Part shown: positions 22,390 to 34,652 of the stretch, piece by piece
Layout: the number at the start of each line of letters is the position of its first letter
Position numbering within the stretch: the first letter of the stretch is position 1
Assembly: GCA_024704765.1 (NCBI GenBank)
Contig: JAKMXF010000028.1
Location: 1-64,000, forward strand
DNA length: 64,000 nucleotides
Origin: Oopsacas minuta
Lineage: Eukaryota > Animalia > Porifera
Direction of reading: 5' to 3'
Notes under the pieces: model-generated
The model's database searches: none
What the model was told of the DNA's origin: nothing
Seen by the model: the letters and a program-made list of their open reading frames with translations, nothing else
Program-made: the position numbers and the translations under genes

Positions 22390-25300
22390 TCATAACTGGT
22401 CTGTCCCTTCCTCTATCATCTCAGGGGGTCCCTGTTGTAAGAATAGAGTTTCTTTTGTAGACACATTTTCCTGGTTGAAGTCCAGCATATGGTTATATTC
22501 TGATATCATTCCATTATTCAACTCAACAACTAACAAATAGAATCGCCATATAAATTAGTCGTATTCTGCAAGAATTGGTAATAAGCGAAAAATTATTAAT
22601 ATTTCTAATACAAAATATAATACATTTAATGACACTCATTTGGGCAAGCAAAAAGGTCGTTTATGTACGATGTGTGGCTAAATCCGAAATTGCTCCAAAT
22701 GTCTATAAACCTTGATGGACTCCAAATATAGTCATTTGAATATGGTGCAATGCTCTTGCGAACACCAAACTATACATATGACGAACAAGTTTGGTGATGC
22801 GTAGCATAATGTAGTACATATAGTTGCATAAAGGCTGTATGTACATGTAAAGTGTAATATAAATTACTCAATACTTGTCGCTTCCGTTTGCCAACTCCAC
22901 TCGAATCTAAAAAGATGATATGTGGTAGGTTTAGAAATTATTGGAAATTACAGTGTTAATAATTTTAAAAGCGTTTTCTATTTTGGTTAGAGGACATCTG
23001 TATGATTCAAAACGAGGGAAGTTAATGGTGTATGCTGTATAATTAGATCAATCCAAACCCAATTATTCACTAATTAGACTAATTGTACTAAGCGTTCCTG
23101 CATTACACAGTATAAAATGCTCCAAACTTGTAATATCCGAAGTGTTTTGGATGCTTCAGGCATGGAAAAGGTGTCGATATATTCGAAGTGTCATTATCTC
23201 ACATGTCGTTGTACTCGAAGTATGGTGTGTAGAAAATACTACTAGGGATTTCTGGACTAGAGAAAAGTGTCGTTATCAGAGATTTGTTGCTAAAACCGTT
23301 GTCTTTAAATCCGAAGTTTACTGTATTTGAAAATTGTTAATAATACAGAAATAGTTTACGTATTAGACCAGACGCAAATGGAAGTTCATAGATTAAGTGT
23401 GCAATGGCTTCCAAATATTTTTGGTTGATTCATCATCTCTGATGCCTGAGTCAGAATCGGTCAGGTACAAGATTGGCACCCATAAGTTTATTTTATGCCA
23501 CTTTTGGACATATTTTGAAGCATAAAATGCTTATACCTCATTCAGTTTACAATCAAGTGAAGTGCGCATAATCCGATTCGCTGGGACTTCAGAAATACAT
23601 CCTGATTAGCCACACTCCAGATTGCATGCACTTGGCCCCAAAATGTTAATAATATTATAGAAAGATTACTTCTGTTTAAAAGGCTGCAAATCAAGTCTCC
23701 AAATATTATTTCTCTTAAGGTCGGCACTTGAATTAGTATTCGATTGAAAAATTCACAATTCTTCTTTTCCGGAGTCCGAGCACTAACATATCATATCAAA
23801 CTGGACATGGTAAATAATCCGGATTACGCACACTTGACTGATCTCGATAAGTAAATATGTTTTTAATCAGTGTAACCCGGCGCTTAACTGTCACTTTGGA
23901 TATTTTTTGTTATATATTTCTAAAACAACCACTGGAATATTTCATGAATGTAACAATTTTCCATTCACAAATTTTGTCTTAACCCTAGCGAGTCTATGAC
24001 TCTATGTCTAGTTATACACATACCGATCCTCGAAAATATCCTTAAACACAATTGTAAGAGTTGTTCCTCAGTGGCCTCCAAAAAATTATTGTTAATTCGT
24101 TATATAGATATTTATTATACATGATGTCATCGTTAATTTAAATTTAATATAAGAAATAAGGAGTATTCGAAATTTAATGGCCTATTTATTCGAGAACCTG
24201 AGTATAGACCAGAAGCCCTGACCCGGCCACAGTCTGGGATTGCGATATCTAGTACTCACCTAAATTAACATTGAAAATGCCCCACCCCACCTTAGTGACC
24301 TCATAGGGAGGTTTATAAAGAGTGATTACATCCGGTTTGAAGGTTGTGTGTAGGTGAAAGCTTACCGCACCGATGAAAGGTGTCAAATCGGTACCAGGCT
24401 CACCGCGTAAATACACAGTCCATTTATGAGAGGATTTTTTCTCAGTAGCACTTTCAGAGTCAACGGCTGATTGTTTCCCAGTGGAGATCTCCTCATGCGT
24501 ATTACCAATATAGATTATACGGTGAGGGATGAATTGAGGAATTGGAATAGCTAGTTCCTTCATCAACATCTGACACACCTACATTATGTGTGGGGTCAAA
24601 TCAGTTAATGTGTGTAACAACAATGACTGAATATACTGAATTACTTCGGGCCCTGGGTCATACACGCATGTATGCACTTCTGAGTACCCTCGTTTGGGAA
24701 ATTGACTTAGGGTAGATAAAGATTGAAGAAAATTTTTGTCACGCTCTCTGGATCTGATCCAGTTTTTTATATTTTCATTTTTCTATATTTACGAGTATTA
24801 CCGTTAACCCGCTTTGCCCCCCCCCCCTCCCCACCCATAACTACCTCAATTTCTTTCAGATCAGCATTTAAATGCTAAATTCGGATTCAGTGTTCAATTT
24901 GCAACATTTCGATATACAATAGAACTCGGATATAACGTTTTTCAGCATATGACATACTAAATTTTCAGATTACATTGGATTCTATCTAATACAACTCAGT
25001 TATCACGTACATACTTTTTCTCTACCTTTAGGTTACGTTATATCCGAGTTCTACTGTACACTAAGGTAATGACAGTGTCCATTTTTCTTGATTGGTTCAA
25101 CGAGCAAGGCATTATTATTTTATGCTAGTGAATGTATTACACACTTGTAGAAATACATGCCATCAATCTATAAATGCAAAATTTTGTCAACATGTGCCAA
25201 TTTATTTGCTTAGTAAGCAATAATTTGGCAAAAATTACCCAAAAACTATCCTATCTTTGTCATGAAATAATAACCAAGGCTGTAAGGATTGTGTAGAGCC

Positions 25301-28158
25301 TGCAGTTATTCAGTATAGTATATGTTAATTAATTACCAGTTAGTACTTATAACCGTAGACTCTCAGTGTAACGTTATTGCTAAATATTTCTCGTTGATTA
25401 CACTGATATTATTAACCGACATATATTGGTATCTCATAACATAAGCATATAAGTACTTAGCAATCTCTATGATTAAATTTTGTTTGAATACATGAGATAC
25501 GTTAAATATTAAGTTTTGATTAATATTACGAATACAAAATTATCCAAAACCGTTATTATAGACAATATATAAATTTGTCATGATAGGTTGGCATGTTTCT
25601 GAGTTAGAGCACAGGCCGTAGATGGCACTCATTTAACCAATCCATGGACCCTGTTCCTGAAAACATGGTCAGTGTGATCGTCTTAGTGTATTAGAATATT
25701 ATGAATATATATATATATAGAAGAACTCGGAGATAACAAACCACTCAGAGTACGTCTTAATCCGAGTTCTAGTGTATATCAAATTGTTGGAACCTGACCA
25801 CTGAATCCGAATTTAACATTTAAATGCTGATCTGAAATGAATTGAAGAAGTTGTGGGTGAGGGGTCAAATCCGGCGAACGGTAATAATCGCAATATGTGA
25901 ATTGAAATTACAAAAATCTGGACCAGATCAAGGAAGCGTGATAAAGCTTTTCTTCAATCTTTACCTACCCTAAATCAATTTTCCTCGGAAGTGCATACAT
26001 ACATGTACCCAGCACCCGGAGCTGAGTATTTAGAATTTTTCAAAATTAAAAGATGTCCAGTCGACAGGCTGGTAGTGCAGCTCAGGGTTATGTATTTTGT
26101 TCTTTTCAGGGGCGTGTAAATGCCGCATACACTGGACCCTGACTGATTTTGGACTCCTGGATCTGATAAATATTTCAGGGTATTCAATATTATTCGTCCC
26201 ATAATGTAACTTAATGTTCTATCCTCAAACCCTATGAATAAAACTCCGAATATTTATCCTACAATTATCCCTGTCTAACTTTTAAACGAAACTTCTAAGA
26301 GCATCTATTTTAAATATGTACAAAAAGGTGTGAATATACACTTTGGAAAATTCATACCAGATGTGCAAACCTCGACCCAAAATGGATATGTATGCCAATT
26401 TTCATGTTGATTGGACTGCTAGATTTCGCACGGCCGCGCGGAAGGACGGATGTCGCAGATCGTCCATGCCATTTGGGCATCTCCCTATAGGAGCTGCACT
26501 AAAAATAAATAAATAGAAAATTTAATGCTACATGTATTAAGAATTATATAAACTTGACTCGTTGATAAACCAGGAAAGATCAGAGCATTCAAATAAGTTT
26601 TTCACATCTGATACTTATCCGAATTAACAATAGGCCAATCAACTACTGATAGGGCACATACCAAATCAGTCCTGGCGAATATTCTGAGAGCAGCTGATCC
26701 ATCGAGAGGAGTTTTCTGAAGATTCACAATCACAAGTTTTCCTCCTTTACCAACAGTTTCTTCAGGCACATCGTTAGCAGGACTCACCCGGAGAGAAGAG
26801 CCTAACACAATCATGATGTCAGCCTCTCTTCCATTTTCATAAGCCAAAGCAAGAGCTTTCTCGGGCAGATTCTCACCAAAATGAATGATAGAATCTCTCA
26901 TAGGAGTTTTACACTTGACACATTTGTCTAGTGTACAATGACAGAAGTGAGGTACTCGTTTCAAACAGGGCTTACATCTGCCATTGAATGGGTTAGGTTT
27001 CATTCTTACTTCTTTGTGCCTGAGTTGTTCATAACTACAACTCCAGCAAACTTCTAAATAGCAGTTTCCTAGATTCAAATATATAATAGACATTTCTTCA
27101 AAGTAGCTTATATTCCATAAAATAAACTCTAATAAGGAAGCCGTGAATTTTTGTCTCTAGAGCCATGGTCTAGCTATTTTCGTAGCCTCGTATATAGTCC
27201 CAAACAAAATTCAAGGTAAACATCCCTAGCGACAAATGCTATTTCTAAAACGCACAAATAATCAGTTTCTGAAAATAATATTTCAAAGAATTGAAGGGAC
27301 TAAATTCCGGTACAGTGAATTGATTTAATCTACAGAAGTTACCAATATCCCTACTACAGTGGAACTAGGATAATACCCTTGACGGAAAGATGATCACAGG
27401 GAAATTTGGTCGCGGAAAAATGGTAGCTGAAGTATTTACAAGAGAAAATTGAACTCGGGGAAAATTCATCTTTGTTCCAGGTATTTTGAGACACTACTGG
27501 CTTGTTGTTGAGGCATATGCCATAGATTAGTTGTCATATCTGCATGGATATTAATCCAAGTCATTTTGAGGAACTCCTGCGTTGGTTGGGGCGGGCATCT
27601 ACCTTGAATTAGTGTTTATACCAGCAGATTATAAGTTTATGTACTCGAGGGCCCTAGGCCCGAGTATGGACATGAAGTGTCCGCAACCGCGTAGCGCGAG
27701 CAAGCGATGCACGCACGTGATTATAAATTTATAATCACTACGTCACTTGTGCCAGTGGTATTTATACTTCAATTTGTATTAGAATTACCGTGAAGCTCAG
27801 AGATACACTCTTTGCGTATACCAGATCTTCGATGCAGTCCATCTACATTCTGAGAAACTACATACTTGAGTATATTTCTATCTTGTAGCTCCTTCAAGGT
27901 CATATGACAGGGTGTTGGGATTGCGTCATCAAAAGAGGTTCTGGCTTTAGGCTTCTTACCCTGAGCTTTGAGAGTCCACACTCCATTAGGCCCTCTGTAA
28001 TCAGGAATAGAAGCAGAAGTACTAATACCAGCTCCAGTGAATACCACTAGGTGCTTACAATCTCGTACCATGTTAGCTAATTTCTTTATTTTTACCTCTA
28101 GGTCAGCTGGTTTATCCTCGAACTCCTCAATCTCATCTAAGTCTACCGTGTTAGCCAT
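22390..28158 (-). CDS. Class IV (SIRT6/7-like) sirtuin fused to a C-terminal YEATS domain, 4 exons (28158-27789, 27068-26662, 24578-24260, 22529-22390), 411 aa
   Basis: [18 protein letters not shown]|[42 protein letters not shown]|[14 protein letters not shown], then [14 protein letters not shown]...FHLHTTF...[13 protein letters not shown] and YNHMLDF. GT-AG introns with phases 1,0,1; exons sum to 1236 nt with no internal stop. Confidence 0.9.
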
Positions 28159-29519
28159 CTATACTCAGTATACTCAGGTAACTATGGGTGGGAGCAATGG
28201 AATGTATTATATACAAATAGACGCATAGGCGTAGCCAAGCAAAGGGTATACCTCGACTCGGATATTTATACAAGTACATCTCCTGGGTGTGTTATTGAAT
28301 GAAAGGGGCTTCACCTCTGGATCCGCCACTGCAACCCCCATCATAAAAAATCTCCAGCTGACAGATGGGAGTGCAGCTCAGGAGTATTTGCTTATGTTTG
28401 ATTATTAATATTAAATACAATTAATTATATGATAAATCATGTAGATATAGATTTGAATGTGAAATTTTAAATCTACATACACGTTGGTGGATTACATACA
28501 ATTCGTGACAATTTGTATTAGGCCAAGCTAACACGATCTACAAGTAAACTTAGTAGCGTAACTAGGGTTGCCAGGCGTCCAGTTTTAAGCGGGACAATCT
28601 GGTTTTCGAATTTAGAGCCATTTGTCCTGAGTCCGGGAATGGAGAATTTTGATTCCTTTCCGACTACTCAGGACAGTCAATATCTTCTATACTCATCTAA
28701 GTCTAACTAAATCCTTGGAAAAAACCGAAACACTTCATTACAATAGTTGCATTTTAACAATTCGCATAGTCTTTAGCTGCAAAGAATTCACTTACAGTAG
28801 AAATTTCAATATTTAGCGTATCTACTATTTTGATTATTAATTCATAATTATGTCTGTGTGTGGGTTCGTAACACTCCAGTACAATAGGCCAGTATATATT
28901 CCTCATGAAGTGGTCATAAATAATATCACAACAACAACAAATCCACAATATACTGGGATAATTGAGTATGCTGAGTCCAAATATGATATTGTCAACAACG
29001 CTAAGCATGACAGTTTATTCGCTCGAGGGCCATAGGGCCGAGTGTGGCCACGGAGTGTTTGCAACCGCGTAGCGGGAGCAAGCGAAGCGGGCTCGTTAAT
29101 ATTATTTATGAAATTTATACTTATACAACTATGATCGGGGGAAACAAGGTTTTGACTGGGATTAGTAATAGACTTAACATCTCATCGGTGCTTTATACCG
29201 ATCATCGGTAGAGGTGGTTTGGTGAATTAATAGAAACTACCGATTACCGAAGATCGCTGTATAAATAAACCTACAAAAGATATATGCTATTTTGCAATCA
29301 TCACATTTAAACAATTACCACAAAAATATCGATCCTTAAATCAATAATCATGTCATGAATTGTGATGTCACAAATTGTGTATATTCCATACTGATTACTC
29401 CTAACTAGTAGTTAAAATTAAATACCTAGCATCCTTTTCAATAATATGCGAAAAGGTGTGAAATATGAATAATCTCTATATGTGTTTATGTGTAGATTTA
29501 TCTTTGTAAGTCCAGGATT

Positions 29520-30105
29520 AGTTGAAAGAAACTAGAAGACTCAAGGGCTGATTTTGCCATACAGGGGCATTTGGGGCCTGGCTCGGACAGTTCAAGTCTT
29601 GGACAAAAATTCACACCAACGACGAAATTATGATGTCATTGTCACCTTTTGGAATTTTCGAAAAAGCACATTATTAACCACTGTTCATCCAATATAAATG
29701 ATAGAAGGTGAAATTTGCATCACAGGTACCCCTCAATGTGACAATTGTCCAGACTTCATGATTCTGACCAAAAGCTAATTCATTTTTGGATTATTACGTC
29801 ATCATGACAGTACCAAATAATCAAAATTTTCCAAATTTAGAAAAATTTCAGAATTTCTTAATACCTGAGACACGAAGTGCCGGGATTACTACCCAAAAGC
29901 AACATAGCATCTCCAGTGTCACCACGAAGGCCATTGAACGTAATTTGGATGGACCATGGTTAATTATATCGTAAAACTTTAACAATCCTGTGAATTCGAG
30001 GCATGTAGTGTTGACCAACAACACTATAAAATTTTGCTGTTTAATACTTAAGCTAACCTTGAGCACTAAGCTCTCGCACAGCGACCTAGCAAGCGAAGCG
30101 GCTTA
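29520..30105 (-). repeat. Copy of family X non-autonomous element
   Basis: Reverse-complement match to the 19398-20181 interior, ending in CAGCGACCTAGCAAGCGAAGCG. Confidence 0.65.
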
Positions 30106-30606
30106 ATTGCGTTTTAATAGTATAGATATTTGCTCTTAATCTATGTTATTAATCTTAATTTGTGTCTGTGTGTCTTTCTATCTGTCATGCTCCAATACAA
30201 AAAACATATAGGTTCGGTTCATAAAGTCCAGAACCAAATATTATACAACATAACAATAACAAAACAATATTGTACTGAGTGATCAAGTATGCTGATTCCG
30301 AATATGATATTGTAAACAACATTTTGTGAATATTTGTTATGCTGGAGGATATTTCACAATTGGGGTATATCCGGAAAGCGTCAAACCTAGCCACCGCCGA
30401 AATGCTGTGCCAGTATTTTTTCACTTATTATTGAGTTGTTGATAAAAATGAATTTGTTCTATTTCTATAAATACTATGTGCAGGTGTCATATGATATTTT
30501 ATCTCTATGATATAGTATCCCGGGATAAACTATTTACATGATAGTAGATAATAATCAATGAAAATATCTCTAAACAAATTTAAAGGCAGTTAAGTGAGAC
30601 TTGAGC

Positions 30607-30751
30607 TGGGGCGTAACTAGAGATCCCAGAGCAAGGAGGCAAGGTTGGATATTTGCCTCAATATAATGGCGATTACAAAAGGTAGATGAAGCAACGTCCG
30701 AAAAAGCGAGGAGACAGTTGCCTCCTCTGCCTCAATACTAGTTACACCCTA
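30607..30751. mobile_element. 145-bp hAT-type MITE
   Basis: Ends TGGGGCGTAACTAG / CTAGTTACACCCTA; near-TSD ACTTGAGC / ACTGAGC. Confidence 0.55.
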
Positions 30752-31170
30752 ACTGAGCGATAATTGGGGCTAGAAGCTAATCCATGAACCTGACGCGTCA
30801 AGCTCAAAACGCGGAAAGGGACACTGGCACAAATGTAGGGGCTAGCTTTCAACGCTAATCTATTAAAAAATTGTCTAGACAAATCTAAAAGCTTGTTACA
30901 ACTTACAAGACACTAAAGCATGGAATTATGTTTCGAAATAGTTCCAAAATTATTACTCAGACCTATAATTGTAAGCCAGACCAGAATTTACCAACCCGAA
31001 AGCGATCTGGCCGGACCACTGGCCACTTTGGGACAGGACAAATTCTGGTGTGACAGGCCCAGTTCTAAATGAATATTTTAGTTAATAAAAACAACTAGAA
31101 TATTTGTAAACAGAATTTACTATTAGAAGATATAACAAATATAATTCCTAATTGAGAAATACACATACAG

Positions 31171-31850
31171 AATGGAAAAATTAATTGACCTCTTCTATGT
31201 CCTCTCTCCCAATGGTATGGATTAATTCTCCTGAGGGAGATAGTATCTTAATTTGGTGATGGTAGTGATCGCTAATGAGGATATTCCCTGCTGGATCGAA
31301 ACAGCAGAAGAATGGTTCATCTGAGGAAATACAAACTCTGTGATTGCGACAATCAGCTAAATATACGTCTCCGTTATAGTCTGTACATAGCCCACTAGGA
31401 TAGTTTAGCTCTCCCTTTCCTGATCCTCGGGTTCCAGCCCTCACTAGCTTGATATCACTGAATTGGAACAAAGCATGGAGACCACAGTCCGTAACGAATA
31501 CATGATTTTCTGTTACTGCTATAGCCCTTGGCTCCTGGACTATGCATTGCCAAAACTAGTGACGAAGTTACCCTCAAATGTAACTACTTGAATACGACGG
31601 TTTCCAGTATCGGCAATATATACCAAATGATTAGGTTCATATATTGCTAGACCTTGAGGATTACATAGATTGGCATTCGCTCCTCACTCATCCCGACAGA
31701 TAGAATGGGCTGTTTCTTGAGAGAGTAGTCCAACTCTAATTCTTTCACGTGAGCAGACTTAGGATTAACTTCTGCATTTTTTGGATTCCTCTGTTTCCAT
31801 TTGTTGTATTGGATATAGTTTGGTTTGAGATAACTCAGATAAGTAACCAA
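31171..31850 (-). pseudogene. Decayed NHL-repeat (beta-propeller) gene
   Basis: GELNYPSGLCTDYNGDVYLADCRNHRV and FDPAGNILISDHYHHQIKILSPSGELIHTIG; upstream piece LDYSLKKQPILSVG; frames broken, blades missing. Confidence 0.75.
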
Positions 31851-32102
31851 TTCATACTCGACGTGTTTGATACTTTAGTAACTTGAGACTTCCAATTGAT
31901 GCGTCATTGATTTTCTGGTAACTGACCTACCTTAAAAATGTACGAAGGGCACTCATAGGTTTCGAGCCCAACCATGTTACTGGTTGCTGAAGGAAAACTA
32001 TACAAAATGAATTAGTTCTATATTAATATTAACTTAGAACTGTGTAATCGTTACAATTATGGTCAATCAAGATAGCCAATCTATAGCACATAAGAGACGC
32101 TA

Positions 32103-33172
32103 CATTAGTTAGAATTTTGATGCTGTCATGAGTTAGAATCGATTTGATACCACTGTCACAAGTAGAATTAATGAGGAATCAAATATGTGACCTTTCGAAA
32201 CATTTCTCCATCCATTTAATAGTATTGTTGGGATTCTGTGTTCAACTAAAAGGAAGAACTTACGAGTATTCCTATATAGAATACATAATTTTGTATGAAT
32301 AATGATCTCTCAGTCTTCACGATAAATGGAATACACTTTACAAGAATATAAATGCAGCAAGAGGAAAGTTTACACAACTACAGATGGCCACAAGTACATC
32401 AAATAGAAAATGACCGATAACCATCTATCTCAGGTGCGTTTTCTTTAAATCTATGAAATGTAGAGCAACTTGCAAACTAAAGTTAGGATACAAATTTGGT
32501 CAATCCATTGCAGGATTAACATAACCATAGTGATACTAAGTATGATACACACACTTACGAGCTGAAAACTAAATGTAGAAACAATTTCAAAATATTCACA
32601 AAGCAATCTCGGACAGATTTCATTGATAATGTTAGAGTTGTATTCTACTCAGGACAAGTGGGCACTCTCCTGTCAGAAATTTCTAATTTCTAGTTCGATG
32701 GAACGTTTTTCAGGGTACCTATTCAGTTCTTTCAGCCTTGGACTGTATATTTCGAATCATTAAGCCATACAATTGGAACCAGAAAACTTAAAGATTATCT
32801 CCTTCCAGTGATTCCGAACCTGAAGGTGAAAGTAATGAAATTGGCACATCTGAAAAAAATGCGTTGTATGTCTACCACCTCGTACAACTACTTGAATTTC
32901 ATGCCGTGTAGGCATGCTTGTTGTTGTAGGGAATGTAGTGAGAGGCTTGAAGAAATGGTACAGCCTTGTCCGGTTTGTTGTTTTACAGTTCAGAGTAGAT
33001 TTCAATTTTTCTCATCATTCTGTTATTTACATACATTTCATGTTTTCATTACTCTTTATTCATGTCATCATTCTTTGTCTATGACAACAACTTAATATCC
33101 TCAAAATCGATTCTAACTTGTGATAATTGAAAGAATTCAAAACTTATGACAGCATCAAAATTCTAACTAATG
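32103..33172 (+). mobile_element. ~1.07-kb TIR element (MULE-like derivative) with decayed FLYWCH-like and RING-finger coding remnants
   Basis: 30-bp TIR CATTAGTTAGAATTTTGATGCTGTCAT(G/A)AG; interior reads RCVFFKSMKCRATCKL...HNH and CVVC...FMPCRHACCCRECS...CPVC across frameshifts. No TSD visible. Confidence 0.65.
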
Positions 33173-34652
33173 CAGGCGCGCGTCACAATGGCACGAGATA
33201 TCCTATCAAAATATTTATTAGGCAAAGTCGTAGATAACTTTTCAAAAGTGGGGGGGACTTATTTCATAGCTCCCAAGTGTGAGTTGGCCTAAAGCGGGTC
33301 ACCCCATTAGGGTTGCCAACTTCACCTATATCTATTCCGGGAGGATGATTACTGGGGGGGAGCAGGGAAGTATGAACCAGATATTCACTGGTGGGCTAAT
33401 CTAATGACGCCATTTTTGCTCTCATAATTCACTGGTAAATTCAAAGTTGTTGAGGGTAAACATGTAATACACATATTTATCATCGTGAATTAGTTATGTA
33501 AGGCGAATTCACAACTTAAAAATGATGATACTACCAAGAAGATTTGTCAAATCTCCATATAAACCTATATTAAAACTCGATTGGTTGTTGGCCCAGAATT
33601 CCGGAACTGGGAAAAGCTACAAACTTGAAATTTGGCATGTATGTGGAATGTAATTAAAATTTTCTTCCGCCGCAACAGCAATTGATCAGTTATAATGGTT
33701 TAAATTCATATTTCGAGTTGAATTCTTGGTTATGAAAATGAGTTGGTGAAAAAAAGTGAATGAGTGTTATTGCCAACTCAAAATGAGTTGATACAGCTCT
33801 GGTTGTGACCAATAAATTCAGTATTCATTATATAACGATATTCTCAGTACGTGTATATATGTTCCCTAAAGCATTCTAAAGTGAAATATAAGGAGTTATG
33901 TGAAAATGCGAATATATTATAACAAACTTGTAAGGATTATTTAAAATTCCTTTGTAATTAATTACGTTTCAATTTACTTAAAACTGAATTAATAATAGAA
34001 ATTACAATTACAAATTGCAATTACTTTATGTATAATTATAAATTCCCTATATTGATGGACCATGGATAAGATTGAGACTGTTTCAAGAAGTAGGAAACTC
34101 TTGGTTAAATGAAATTGTCTCCTTCGATGTATCTTATAAAACTAATTCCTACAGCTGTATACAGCAGTGTTCCCAACCTTCTTGCACCGTGGACCCTATA
34201 TCAATTTGTGTAGAGACCATACTTTCCATAGACCCAAGATTGGGAACCGCTGTCCTACTGTGAATAGAAAATTAGAAATCTCAAAGCTCCATAAGAGAAT
34301 TTTAACATTTTTCACGGATTTACTTTATGAAATAATATACTATCACATCAATAGCCTTATATAACGAATTTTCAGTATAAGAGTACCACAAATTATGAAC
34401 AATTAAGTACAACCAATTTGGCTGCAATTAATTAAGCCAAACGGAACCAGTCTGAACAAATTACCTAAAATATGTCAAAACCACAAAGTTATGTATTATC
34501 CATAAACCATACTATTAAACCTATAGAATAATTAAGTCCAGAATTGAAGAGCATATTGATAGTGTCTATTGACCTGATAGACTTCGAGAGAGTAAATGAG
34601 GTATAATACAAAAGATGGGGATCGTTTGTTTTGTGGAAGGGGAAGATCTTTT

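Noticed and set aside
24249-24578. Standalone YEATS gene
   Set aside because: It begins at GTG directly after an AG acceptor, starts with the last sirtuin helix and ends at a GTGAGT donor; it is exon 3 of the fusion gene.
28754-30424. Short ORFs at 28754-29035, 29786-30066 and 30185-30424
   Set aside because: All lie in repeated non-coding element sequence present elsewhere in the window.
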